Source: Betaproteobacteria bacterium
GTDB taxonomy: Bacteria > Pseudomonadota > Gammaproteobacteria > Burkholderiales > SG8-41
Direction: 5' to 3'
Assembly (NCBI GenBank): GCA_052386775.1
Contig: JBQTJV010000041.1
Coordinates: 1-50,565, forward strand
Length of the DNA: 50,565 nt
The translations under genes and the position numbers were made by a program. This document shows positions 35,403-44,940 of this stretch, piece after piece. The first letter of the stretch is position 1, and each line of letters opens with the position of its first letter. The notes under the pieces were generated by a model, which saw only the letters and a list, made by a program, of their open reading frames with translations, made no database searches and was not told the origin of the DNA.

Positions 35403-35981
35403 CTAGACGCCGGTCCAGAACTTGCCGTCGAGGTCAGGCGCGAAGTCACCGTCGATCAGGACATAGAGCATCTTCACCGGTTTTCCGGAGCGGTTGCTCC
35501 AGGCGTGGCTGGTACCGCGCTGGATGACGACATCGCCGGTCTTCAGGTGCACTTCCCCCTCGTCGAGGATCAGAGTGATCTCCCCGTCGAGAACTACCGC
35601 ATAATCGACGGTTTCGGTCCGGTGCATCATCGAGTGCCGCCCGCCGCGGCCGTAAGTCGAGGCGTCGCCCGCGCCGCTCTTCCTGAATAACTCCCGCGCT
35701 TGTTCCGGGGAGAGGTTGCGCGTCTCCTCCGATTCCGGAGGAACCACGGAAATGCGCAGCACATTGCCCATGGGCGGCGGTTGCAGCGAGCGCGGTCCCG
35801 TGGTCGGTTCGCGCTCCTCGGCCGCGATTGGCACCGGCATGGCGCTGGTCTTCCACACCTCGAAGGAAAGCTGCCCGGGGCGTATCGGATTGCTGTGCAC
35901 CGTGGGGACCGGGCCGTCCGACAGCACGATCGCTTTGCCCTGCCCGTCGTGTCCGGTGACTACACGTCTGATCTGCGTCAT
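35403..35981 (-). CDS. Cupin domain protein (paralog of 18928-19476)
   Basis: MTQIRRVVTGHDGQGKA and VDYAVVLDGEITLILDEGEVHLKTGDVVIQRGTSHAWSNRSGKP. ATG at 35981 (11th codon of the track ORF). Confidence 0.8.
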   Translation of the reverse strand: MTQIRRVVTGHDGQGKAIVLSDGPVPTVHSNPIRPGQLSFEVWKTSAMPVPIAAEEREPTTGPRSLQPPPMGNVLRISVVPPESEETRNLSPEQARELFRKSGAGDASTYGRGGRHSMMHRTETVDYAVVLDGEITLILDEGEVHLKTGDVVIQRGTSHAWSNRSGKPVKMLYVLIDGDFAPDLDGKFWTGV

Positions 35982-36165
35982 GTTGCGTCCTCGCTTTGTC
36001 GAATTGTCCATGCCGGGCGATGCCGTGCGGGAAAGGCGAGTATATCCGCTCGCGGTTGTCGGGGCGGGCGCGCTCCAACTAGAATGACGTCAGTCGGTCC
36101 ACGAAGATCCTCTTGCAGTAAATTCTCCGGACAGGTTCATAACGCACAAGGAGCCTAGCAACGTC

Positions 36166-37155
36166 ATGGCCAACATCGATCTGCACAACCACGTCATTCC
36201 GCCTACTGTGGTCGACGCCATTGCGCGCAACCCCGAGCGCTTCGGCACCCGCTTCGTGGAGAAAGAGGGCAAGCGCTATTTCGATGCGCACGGCCGGCTG
36301 GCGGAGCTTTTTCCCGAGTTCTACGACGTGGATGCAAAGCTCGCGTGGATGGATCGCAGAGGAATCGACATCGCCGCGATCTCGGTGGGCCCGCCGATCT
36401 ATTTCTACTGGCTGTTGCCGGACGCGGGGCTCGCCGCCGCGAAGCTCGCGAACGATGGCATCGCGCAAATGGTTGCGACGCGCCCCGACCGCCTGCGGGG
36501 CATGGCTCACCTGCCGATGCAGGACCCGGACGCCGCCATCACCGAACTGGAACGCGTGGTGAAGGAATACAGGTTCAAGGCAGTCGAGATGGGCACCTCC
36601 ATCGAAGGTGTTGCGCTCGCCGACAAGAAGTTCCGCAAGGTGCTGAAGACGATCGAGCAGCTTGGCTGTTTCATCTTCGCGCATCCTTATCAGTGCCTCG
36701 CCCAGGGCGCCATGGATGACTACTATCTGCGCAACTTCGTCGGCTTCCCGCTCGACACGACTCTGATGATCGCGCACCTCATGTTCAGCGGCGCACTCGA
36801 CGAGCTGAAGAAACTGCGGGTTCTGTGCGCGCACGGCGGGGGCTTCATGCCGTACCAGATCGGGCGCTTCGCACACGGGCACAGGGTGCGTCCTGAGCCG
36901 AAGGTGAACCATCCGTCGCCACCGCGCGAGCTGTTCAGGCGCTTCTACTTCGACTGCCTGACGCACGACCCGCAGTCCGCGCGCCATCTCATCAACATCG
37001 CCGGCGCCAACCGTGTCGCAATCGGTACCGACAATCCATTCGACATGCAGCCTGACGATCCGATGGGGTCGGTCGACGCCATTCCGGAGCTGACGGCGAG
37101 CGAGCGCGAGTACGTCTGCGAGCTGACGGCGCGCGATCTGCTCGGCGAAGACTGA
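36166..37155 (+). CDS. Amidohydrolase_2 family protein (ACMSD-like metal-dependent hydrolase/decarboxylase)
   Basis: N-terminal IDLHNHVIP (HxH metal motif) and CAHGGG near the C-terminus, typical of the ACMSD/amidohydrolase 2 family. Confidence 0.78.
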   Translation: MANIDLHNHVIPPTVVDAIARNPERFGTRFVEKEGKRYFDAHGRLAELFPEFYDVDAKLAWMDRRGIDIAAISVGPPIYFYWLLPDAGLAAAKLANDGIAQMVATRPDRLRGMAHLPMQDPDAAITELERVVKEYRFKAVEMGTSIEGVALADKKFRKVLKTIEQLGCFIFAHPYQCLAQGAMDDYYLRNFVGFPLDTTLMIAHLMFSGALDELKKLRVLCAHGGGFMPYQIGRFAHGHRVRPEPKVNHPSPPRELFRRFYFDCLTHDPQSARHLINIAGANRVAIGTDNPFDMQPDDPMGSVDAIPELTASEREYVCELTARDLLGED

Positions 37156-37196
37156 CTGCTGCCCGGTAAAGGGCGCATGGGCGCGCTCACAGCCGC

Positions 37197-38546
37197 ATGG
37201 ACCTGACCCGCACGCTCGCGACCTTTGTCGTCCAGTCGCGATTCGACGCCATCGCGAGTTCCATCCGGCACGAGGCAAAACGCTCGCTCGTCAACTGGAT
37301 GGGCTGTGCCCTCGGCGGCGCGCATCACGAAGCCGTCAACAGCGCGCTGACGGCGCTGGCTCCATTTGCCGGACCTGCGCAGGCCCAGATCATCGGGCGC
37401 CGCGAAAGGCTCGATTGCCTCAACACCGCGCTGGTCAACGGGATGAGCGCGCACGTCCTGGACTTCGACGACACGCACCTGCGCACGCTACTCCATCCCA
37501 GCGTGCCGGTCGCATCACCGTTGCTCGCGCTGGCGGAACGCCGGGCGTTTAGCGGGGCGGATTTCCTCCACGCTTTCATCCTCGGCGTGGAAGTCGAGTG
37601 CCGCGTCGCCAATGCCATCTACGCGGCGCATAACGTGAGTGGCTACATCACGGGAACCGCCGGGGCGCTCGGGGCTGCTGCTGCGGCGGGTCGCGTGCTG
37701 GGTCTCGACGTGCAGCAGATGACCTGGAGCCTCGGGATAGCAGCGACCCAGGCCGCCGGTTTGCGCGAAATGGCGGGCACCATGTGCAAGAGCTTCGTCC
37801 ACGGCCGGGCGGCGCAGAACGGAACGCTTGCCGCCCTGCTCGCCGCCAGGAACTTTACCAGCTCGCGCCGGGTGCTGGAGGCGCCCCGTGGGTTGATCGA
37901 AGTGCTCGCGGCGGGAAGCGATCATCAAGCCGTGGTCGCCGGTCTGGGCGAGCACTACGAGATCGCGCTCAACACCTACAAACCGCATGCTTGCGGCGTG
38001 GTGTGCCATCCGGTGATCGATGCCTGCATCGAGCTCCGCCGCCGTCACGGCCTCGCCGCTGAACAAATCGGGAACGTGGCCCTGCGGGTGCATCCCCTGG
38101 CCCTCAAGCTGACCGGCATCCGTTCGCCGCGCACCGGCCTTGAAAGCAAATGGAGCATTTACCACTCGGCCGCCGTGACATTGTGCGACGGCGTGGCGGG
38201 GGAAGCCCAGTATACGGATGCCCGGGTCCGGGACGGATCGGTCAGCCGCGTACGCGAGCGCGTGAGCGCCGAAGCCGACGACGCGATACGCGATGACGAG
38301 GCCTATGTGATCATCACGCTCGCGGATGGCAGGCGACTGGAGGCGCACGTGGCGCACGCACTGGGCAGCGTGGACAACCCGATGAGCGATCGTCAACTGG
38401 ACGAGAAATTTCACGCGCTCGGCCGCGGCACGCTGAATAGAGAGCAGTGCGAGAGGCTGCTGCACGCATGTTGGGCCGTGGAAACGCTGACCGACGTGGC
38501 GGATATCGCCCGCCTCGCGGGCTTGCCAGTGCCGCCGTCAGCATGA
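37197..38546 (+). CDS. MmgE/PrpD family protein (second copy)
   Basis: TLATFVV, AKRSLVNWMGCALGG and AHVLDFDDTHLRTLLHPSVPV are MmgE/PrpD family motifs. 449 aa. Confidence 0.82.
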   Translation: MDLTRTLATFVVQSRFDAIASSIRHEAKRSLVNWMGCALGGAHHEAVNSALTALAPFAGPAQAQIIGRRERLDCLNTALVNGMSAHVLDFDDTHLRTLLHPSVPVASPLLALAERRAFSGADFLHAFILGVEVECRVANAIYAAHNVSGYITGTAGALGAAAAAGRVLGLDVQQMTWSLGIAATQAAGLREMAGTMCKSFVHGRAAQNGTLAALLAARNFTSSRRVLEAPRGLIEVLAAGSDHQAVVAGLGEHYEIALNTYKPHACGVVCHPVIDACIELRRRHGLAAEQIGNVALRVHPLALKLTGIRSPRTGLESKWSIYHSAAVTLCDGVAGEAQYTDARVRDGSVSRVRERVSAEADDAIRDDEAYVIITLADGRRLEAHVAHALGSVDNPMSDRQLDEKFHALGRGTLNREQCERLLHACWAVETLTDVADIARLAGLPVPPSA

Positions 38547-38674
38547 CGCCTCCCTGCGTGCACCCGGGCGCCTGCACGGGAATACCGGGAAGGCGGTAGA
38601 ATAGTCGCCCGCCCCACTCATTGCCGAACGTTTCTCACCGTCCGTTTTCCAGAGAACAAACAGAAGGAGATGTC

Positions 38675-39649
38675 ATGAAAGCCAGTATTTCCGCCTTCAG
38701 CATGCTGTTGCTCGGAGCCGCCGCCGCGCTCGGCGCGGCCTTCCCGGCTTCGGCCCAGCAGTATCCCGCAAAACCGGTCCGCGTCATCGTTCCCTTTGCA
38801 CCGGGCGGCGGCAGCGATATCACCGCGCGCCAGGTGTCCGCCAAGTTCACCGAAGCCTTCAAGCAGCAGTTCGTGGTGGAAAACCGCGGCGGTGCAGCCG
38901 GCCTGATCGGCATGGAGCAGACGGCGAAGTCCACTCCTGACGGCTACACGATCATGATCATGTCGGGCAGCTTTTCCGCGACCTCCGCGACACACAAGCC
39001 GGCCTTCGATCCGATCAACAGCATCGTCGCGGTGGCGGAAGTCGGCTTCACTCCGTTCGTGCTGTCGGTGCATCCCTCCCTGCCCTCGAAGAACATGAAG
39101 GAGTTCATCTCGATGGTGCGTGGGAAGCCCGGCGAACTGGTATACGCATCGAGCGGCGTGGGCGGGCTTACCCACATGGCGACAGAGCTGCTCGCGAGCA
39201 TGGCGAAACTCAAGATGATCCACGTGCCGTACAAGAGCACCGGCGCGGCGATGACGGACCTGCTCTCCGGACGCGCACAGTTGATCGTCGGCAGCCTGCT
39301 GCCCACGCTGCCGCACTTCAAAACGGGAAAGCTTCGTCCGCTGGGCGTGACGACGGCAAAGCGCTGGTATTCGCTGCCGGATGTTCCGACGGTCGCGGAA
39401 ACGGTGCCCGGCTATGAGGTGGAATTGTGGTTCGGCGTAATGGCGCCGCGCGGCACGCCGCAGCCGATCATCGATCAGCTCAACGCGGCGGTGAGCAAGA
39501 TGATCCAGGAGCCGGAAATGAAGAAAAATCTCGATCAGCAGGGCATGGTGCCTTCCGGCGGGCCACCCGCCCGGTTCAACGAGCGTATCCGCAAGGATTA
39601 CGACCGCTGGATCCGCGTGGTGAAGGAAGCCGGCATCAAGCCCGAGTAA
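38675..39649 (+). CDS. Bug family (TctC-like) substrate-binding protein
   Basis: ATG 38675 after GAAGGAGA. Signal peptide, then YPAKPVRVIVPFAPGGGSD, VENRGGAAG, PDGYTIMI, HVPYKS. Confidence 0.88.
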   Translation: MKASISAFSMLLLGAAAALGAAFPASAQQYPAKPVRVIVPFAPGGGSDITARQVSAKFTEAFKQQFVVENRGGAAGLIGMEQTAKSTPDGYTIMIMSGSFSATSATHKPAFDPINSIVAVAEVGFTPFVLSVHPSLPSKNMKEFISMVRGKPGELVYASSGVGGLTHMATELLASMAKLKMIHVPYKSTGAAMTDLLSGRAQLIVGSLLPTLPHFKTGKLRPLGVTTAKRWYSLPDVPTVAETVPGYEVELWFGVMAPRGTPQPIIDQLNAAVSKMIQEPEMKKNLDQQGMVPSGGPPARFNERIRKDYDRWIRVVKEAGIKPE

Positions 39650-39664
39650 GCCCACGACGCTTTT

Positions 39665-39700
39665 GCGAGCGGGTTGCGGAGCCTTCCGCAGCCCGCTTGC
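39665..39700. terminator. Strong hairpin between convergent genes (possible bidirectional terminator)
   Basis: 15-bp stem GCGAGCGGGTTGCGG / CCGCAGCCCGCTTGC (13 Watson-Crick pairs and 2 G-U) with loop AGCCTT. There is no clear U-tract on either strand, so function is uncertain. Confidence 0.4.
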
Positions 39701-39714
39701 TTCCCGCCTGCGGG

Positions 39715-40398
39715 TCAGCCCGCCGCAGGTTCGGCCAGTTTTTCGGAAAGGACGCGCTTCAACTGCATCACCGCCGAAGTCGGGCTCGTCAGCACGCGGC
39801 GTCCCGGCCGGTCGGGGATCAAGGCTGCCGCGCTGGCCATCGAAAACTGCCCGAGGATCAGTGCATCGCAGTTGCCGATTTCCTGTGCCGCCTGCGCGAT
39901 GATGCGATCGTGCTCTTCGATCCGGCCGGCGTGCAGGGCCTTCAGTGCCGAGGGCACGGTGAGCGTGCTGATCTCAATTTGCAGATGGCGCCGGCGCGCC
40001 ATCTGTTCCAACTCCGCCTTGAGCGCCGGAACGCTCGGCGCAAAGGTGGCGAGCAGCCCGATACGGGTGCCTGCAGCGAGTGCCTCGTCGAACATCGCTT
40101 CATTCGGTTTGAGCACGGGTATCGGCAGGGCTGCCTGCGCCGCCTCGATCGCCGGCCCGAAGGCCGAGCACGTGAACAGCACCGCATCCGCGCCGCAGGC
40201 ATGCGCGTACCGCGCGAGCGTGACGAAGCGCTCGATGATCGCCTCCGTGATCCGCCCCGCGGACGCCAGATCGGGTGCGAGCGAATCTTCGAGCAGGCTG
40301 GTGGTGCGCGCCTCCGGCCACAGCCGGCGGAAGGCATTCACGATCGGCTCGATGGCAACCGGCGTTGCATGGATGAGGGCGATACGCGGCCCGGACAT
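39715..40398 (-). CDS. Asp/Glu/hydantoin racemase family protein (arylmalonate decarboxylase / maleate isomerase-like)
   Basis: 227 aa. IALIHATP, DAVLFTCSAFG (active-site Cys region) and ALILGQFSM are typical of this family. Confidence 0.7.
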   Translation of the reverse strand: MSGPRIALIHATPVAIEPIVNAFRRLWPEARTTSLLEDSLAPDLASAGRITEAIIERFVTLARYAHACGADAVLFTCSAFGPAIEAAQAALPIPVLKPNEAMFDEALAAGTRIGLLATFAPSVPALKAELEQMARRRHLQIEISTLTVPSALKALHAGRIEEHDRIIAQAAQEIGNCDALILGQFSMASAAALIPDRPGRRVLTSPTSAVMQLKRVLSEKLAEPAAG

Positions 40399-40440
40399 AC
40401 ATCCCTGGTCCCAAAAAAAGACCGCGTATTCTACATGGTC

Positions 40441-41529
40441 TCAGGCCGGCTGCGTCAGTGTCCTGGCGCTCTTTTCCAGGTGAGACATCACTGCCGTACC
40501 AAACGCGCGGGTGCCGGTGTTCCCGCCCAGGTCGGCCGTGCGGGTTGCCGGATCGGCGAGTGCGGCGTCCACCGCGGCCTCGATGCAGGCTGCCGCTTCC
40601 TTGAAATGGGCGCGGTCGTGGCGATGGCCCAGCCAGTCGAGCAGCATCGCGCACGACAGGATGAGACCGCACGGATTCGCAATATCCTTGCCCGCGATAT
40701 CGGGCGCGGAGCCATGGCCGGCGTTCGCCACGACATGCGTGTCGCCCGCATTCAGGGCTGCCGCCAGGCCGAGGCTGCCCGACATCGCGACCGCGGCGTT
40801 GGACAGGATGTCGCCGAACATGTTGGTGATCAGGATGACGTCATGTCGCTGCGGGCGCGAATAGATGTCCGCCGCCATGGCGTCGATATCCATTTCACGC
40901 CAGGTCACATCGGGAAACTGTGCGGCGACGGTTTCCGTTTCGCGGATGAACAGGCCGTCGCTCAACTGCAGCACATGGCGCTTGCCCACCGCGGTGAGGC
41001 GCTTGCGCCGCCGCCGCGCGTAGTCGAAGGCGACGCGGGCGATACGATTCGACGCGTGTGCCGTAATCTTGCGCACGGAGAGCGCCACGTCGGGTGTCGG
41101 CATGAATTCGGCGTTGCCGAGATACATGTTGCGGTCGGAATAGAAGCCCTCGGTGTTCTCGCGCACGATGAGACAATCCAGTCCCGGACGCGCATCGCGC
41201 AACCCGGCGCGGCTGCGCGCCGGGCGGATGTTGGCGTACAGGTCGAGTCGTTTGCGTACCGTGCCCGGCACGTTGATGCCCCCCGCTTCACGGGCTGGAT
41301 AATCCGTCATGCCGCACGGACCGAGGATCACCGCATCTGCGGCGAGCGCTGCTTCGATCACTTTGTCGGGCAGCGTGCTGCCGTTGCGGCGATAGCTCGC
41401 CATGCCCACGTCCTGGATGTCGAAATGCAATCCGAGCGTATGGATCCGGTCGACGCGCTTCACGATGTCGAGCGCCGCCGCGGTGATCTCGGGACCGATA
41501 TCGTCGCCGGGGAGTACCAGGAGATTCAT
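40441..41529 (-). CDS. Isocitrate/isopropylmalate dehydrogenase family protein (tartrate dehydrogenase-like)
   Basis: LLVLPGDDIGPEI, IVRENTEGFYS, NMFGDILSN and GSAPDIAGK. ATG at 41529 (18th codon of the track ORF). Confidence 0.85.
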   Translation of the reverse strand: MNLLVLPGDDIGPEITAAALDIVKRVDRIHTLGLHFDIQDVGMASYRRNGSTLPDKVIEAALAADAVILGPCGMTDYPAREAGGINVPGTVRKRLDLYANIRPARSRAGLRDARPGLDCLIVRENTEGFYSDRNMYLGNAEFMPTPDVALSVRKITAHASNRIARVAFDYARRRRKRLTAVGKRHVLQLSDGLFIRETETVAAQFPDVTWREMDIDAMAADIYSRPQRHDVILITNMFGDILSNAAVAMSGSLGLAAALNAGDTHVVANAGHGSAPDIAGKDIANPCGLILSCAMLLDWLGHRHDRAHFKEAAACIEAAVDAALADPATRTADLGGNTGTRAFGTAVMSHLEKSARTLTQPA

Positions 41530-41666
41530 GAGACTTTCCGGAAGAGAAATGAACGGGGACGCGCTTGCTGTATCATGCACTCAGCGCGGACTGGAGTGCC
41601 TGCTCAATGTAGCACGCGCGTCGCGAGCCCGGCAACCGAACGTCGCGGCGCATATGGGGAGGGAAC

Positions 41667-42653
41667 ATGATGCGGCATGCTGCGTTGACTTTGTCGGTGA
41701 TGTCTCTGCTCGCTGCAGCGGGCGTTGCACCCGCGTGCGCCGCCGCGGCACAGGATTACCCGAACAAGCCGGTCCGGCTGATCGTTCCCTATCCGCCGGG
41801 AGGCGGCAACGACACGCTGGCGCGCCTGTTCGGTGCCAAGCTCACCGAGGCCTGGGGCCAGCAGATCGTGGTCGACAATCGCGGCGGCGCCGGCACCACG
41901 ATCGGCACGGCACTCGCCGCGCGTGCGGTCCCCGATGGCTACACCATACTGCTGTCGTCGATCGCGACGCACGCGATTTCACCCAACCTGTACAGCAAGC
42001 CGGGCTATGACCCGATCAGGGACTTCGCACCGATTACGCTGCTCGCCATCGCCCCGACGGTCTTGTGCGTAAATCCGGCGGTGCCTGCCAACTCGGTGAA
42101 GGAACTGATCGCGCTCGCCAGGGCGAAGCCGGGCGATCTGAAGTTCGCGTCCGGAGGCAACGGCACGCCGCCGCACATGGCGGGCGTCATCTTCGCCTCC
42201 ATGACGGGCATCAAGCTGCTGCACGTGCCCTACAAAGGCGGCGGGCCTGCAATCGCAGGACTCGTCGGCGGCGAGACCACCATGATGTTCGACACGGCGG
42301 CGTCCATCCTGCCGCACGTGCGCGCAGGGCGCCTCAAGTCTCTTGCCATCGCGCGCTCGGCGCGGCTCGCCGAATATCCCAACTTGCAGACTTTCGCCGA
42401 AGCCGGCGTTCCCGGTTACGAGGTCAATGCGTGGTATTCGATGCATGCTCCGGCCGGGACATCCACTCCGATCATCGCCAAGTGGAACCGGGAACTCGCG
42501 CGGATACTGAAGCTGCCGGACATCGATCAGCGCCTGAAACAACTCGGATCGGAAAGCGTCGGCAACTCGCCGGAAGAGTTTTCGAAATTCGTGAAGACCG
42601 AAAGCGCAAAATATGCGAAGGCGATACGGGAATCCGGCACGCGGGTCGAGTGA
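41667..42653 (+). CDS. Bug family (TctC-like) substrate-binding protein
   Basis: Signal peptide, then YPNKPVRLIVPYPPGGGND, VDNRGGAG, PDGYTILL, HVPYKGG. Confidence 0.88.
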   Translation: MMRHAALTLSVMSLLAAAGVAPACAAAAQDYPNKPVRLIVPYPPGGGNDTLARLFGAKLTEAWGQQIVVDNRGGAGTTIGTALAARAVPDGYTILLSSIATHAISPNLYSKPGYDPIRDFAPITLLAIAPTVLCVNPAVPANSVKELIALARAKPGDLKFASGGNGTPPHMAGVIFASMTGIKLLHVPYKGGGPAIAGLVGGETTMMFDTAASILPHVRAGRLKSLAIARSARLAEYPNLQTFAEAGVPGYEVNAWYSMHAPAGTSTPIIAKWNRELARILKLPDIDQRLKQLGSESVGNSPEEFSKFVKTESAKYAKAIRESGTRVE

Positions 42654-42692
42654 TCAGGAGAGACACGTCGCATTGAACAGGAGGAAGAAGGC

Positions 42693-43670
42693 ATGAAGAG
42701 CAAAGAAAGGAATCCGGTGATCGCCGTGCTGGTGCTCGCTGCCCTGGCCGGCGGGTCAGGAACGGCGCTGGCCCAGGCATATCCCGCAAAACCGGTGCGC
42801 ATCCTCGTCGGTTTCGCGCCCGGCGGCGGAACCGATATCATGGCGCGCGCTGTCGCCGCCAAGCTCGGCGAATCGATGAAGCAGCAGTTCATCGTGGAGA
42901 ACCGCCCCGGCGCCAACGCCAATCTTGCCGCCAAGCTCGCAGCGGAGGCGCCCGCCGACGGCTATACCCTTCTCTTCATGTCCGTCGCGCACCTCATGAG
43001 CAAGCCGGTGTACAAGAATCTGGGTTACGACATCGAGCGCGACCTGACGCCCATTACCGTCGTGTCCGAGGTGTCGAACGTCTTCGCCGCGCACCCGTCG
43101 CTGCCGGCGAAGACCGTGAAGGAGGTGATCGCCCTCGCTCGGAGGAAGCCCGGAGAACTCACCTATGCCACGGCCGGTGTGGCGAGCCCCGAGCACTTCG
43201 CCGGAGAGATGTTCAAGGTCATGACGAAAACCAACCTGCTCATGGTGCCGTACAAGGGCGGCGGCCCGATCGCGATCGATCTCGTGGCTGGCCACGTCAT
43301 GACCAGCTTCAGCACCATGCCGCCGATCATTCCCCATGTCCGCGCCGGCCGCGTGCGCGCGGTCGCCGTAACAAAGGAAAAACGCGCAGCCGTGCTGCCA
43401 GACGTGCCGACCATCGCCGAAACGGTGCCCGGCTATGCCATGAGCACCTGGTATGGCGCCGTGGCCCCGGCCCGGACGCCGCGGGATATCGTGACGCGGC
43501 TTAACCAGGAAATGGTCAAGGCGCTGGCGCTGCCGGATGTGAAGGAGCGGCTCGCATCGCTGGGTGCGGATATCGTGGCCAGCAGTCCGGAGCAAACCGC
43601 CTCGTTCTTCAGGGCCGAACTCGCCAAGTACACCAAGGTGGCGGAAACGGCGAAGATCCGCGCCGAGTAA
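42693..43670 (+). CDS. Bug family (TctC-like) substrate-binding protein
   Basis: ATG after AGGAGGA. Signal peptide, then YPAKPVRILVGFAPGGGTD, VENRPGAN, ADGYTLLF, MVPYKGG. Confidence 0.88.
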   Translation: MKSKERNPVIAVLVLAALAGGSGTALAQAYPAKPVRILVGFAPGGGTDIMARAVAAKLGESMKQQFIVENRPGANANLAAKLAAEAPADGYTLLFMSVAHLMSKPVYKNLGYDIERDLTPITVVSEVSNVFAAHPSLPAKTVKEVIALARRKPGELTYATAGVASPEHFAGEMFKVMTKTNLLMVPYKGGGPIAIDLVAGHVMTSFSTMPPIIPHVRAGRVRAVAVTKEKRAAVLPDVPTIAETVPGYAMSTWYGAVAPARTPRDIVTRLNQEMVKALALPDVKERLASLGADIVASSPEQTASFFRAELAKYTKVAETAKIRAE

Positions 43671-43689
43671 GGCGACAGTACGAATCACC

Positions 43690-44940
43690 ATGCTGCTCGG
43701 CTGCATCGCCGACGATTTCACCGGCGCGACCGATCTTGCGAATACGCTGACGCGGCAGGGCATGGCGACGGTGGTGCTGCCTGGCGTGCCGCATCGCGAT
43801 TTTCAGGCGCCGCAAGCCGACGCGATCGTCGTCGCCCTCAAGTCGCGATCCATCCCGGCAGCCGATGCCATCGACATGGCGAGGGCGGCGCTGTCGTGGC
43901 TTGAACGCGGAAAGCCGCGGCAGTTTCTTTTCAAGTACTGCTCGACATTCGATTCCACGGACGCGGGCAACATCGGCCCGGTTGCGGAAGCGCTGCTCGA
44001 GGCGCTCGATGCCAACTTCACGATTGCCTGCCCCGCGTTTCCGACCAACAAACGCACGGTGTACCGGGGCTACCTCTTCGTCGGTGATGTGCTCCTCTCC
44101 GAATCGAGCATGCGCACCCATCCGCTGACGCCGATGACCGATGCGTCGCTGGTGCGTGTGCTGCAGCGGCAGAGCAAGGGGCGGGTGGGGCTGATCGCAC
44201 ACGAGGTGGTGCGCAAAGGCGGCGCGGCGATACGCGAACGCATTCGCGAGTTGCGGGACAGCGGCGTGCGTCTGGCGATTGCCGATGCGCTGATCGATGC
44301 GGACCTCGTTGCTTTGGGTGAGGCGTGCGGCGATCTCAGACTCGTCACCGGCGGCTCCGGCATCGCGCTGGGACTTCCGGAAAACTTCCGGAGGGCAGGG
44401 CTGCTGCAGCGCGCGGGAGGCGCGGACCTCCCTGCCATTGCAGGTCCCGCGGCGGTGTTGGCGGGCAGTTGCTCGGCGGCCACGCAGCGACAGGTCGAGC
44501 ACATGAAGCGCCAGTGCGAATCGTTCGAGATCGAGCCGATCGAGCTGCACGCGAGCGCAGAAGTGGTCCAGCGGGCGATCGATTGGGCGCGTCACCGTTT
44601 GGGGTCGCGACCGGTGCTGATCTATTCCACGGCCGACGCGCCGGCGGTGGAGAAGGCGCAGGCCGCGCTGGGCCGCGACCGCGCGGGTCAGCTCGTCGAG
44701 CAGGCCATGGGACAGATCGCGAAGGCGTTGGTCGCACTCGGGGTGCGGCGCCTGGTGGTGGCGGGCGGCGAAACGTCCGGCGCGGTGGTCACGGCGCTCG
44801 GCGTCGAAGGGCTGCGAATCGGCGCGGAAATCGATCCGGGCGTGCCGTGGACGACGAGCATCGGGGACAACGCCCTTGCCCTGGCGCTCAAGTCCGGAAA
44901 TTTCGGTGCGGATGATTTTTTCATGAAGGCGCTGACATGA
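43690..44940 (+). CDS. otnK: Four-carbon acid sugar kinase (DUF1537 family), 3-oxo-tetronate kinase-like
   Basis: N-terminal LGCIADDFTGATDLAN, KYCSTFDS and the C-terminal VAGGETSGAV motif of the DUF1537 kinase family. Translationally coupled (ATGA) to a class II aldolase-family gene, which is the OtnK-OtnC signature. Confidence 0.75.
   Translation: MLLGCIADDFTGATDLANTLTRQGMATVVLPGVPHRDFQAPQADAIVVALKSRSIPAADAIDMARAALSWLERGKPRQFLFKYCSTFDSTDAGNIGPVAEALLEALDANFTIACPAFPTNKRTVYRGYLFVGDVLLSESSMRTHPLTPMTDASLVRVLQRQSKGRVGLIAHEVVRKGGAAIRERIRELRDSGVRLAIADALIDADLVALGEACGDLRLVTGGSGIALGLPENFRRAGLLQRAGGADLPAIAGPAAVLAGSCSAATQRQVEHMKRQCESFEIEPIELHASAEVVQRAIDWARHRLGSRPVLIYSTADAPAVEKAQAALGRDRAGQLVEQAMGQIAKALVALGVRRLVVAGGETSGAVVTALGVEGLRIGAEIDPGVPWTTSIGDNALALALKSGNFGADDFFMKALT

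Noticed and set aside
39427-41670. 747-aa plus-strand ORF
   Set aside because: It is antisense to the racemase-like and IPMDH-like genes, both of which carry clear family motifs, and has no motifs of its own.
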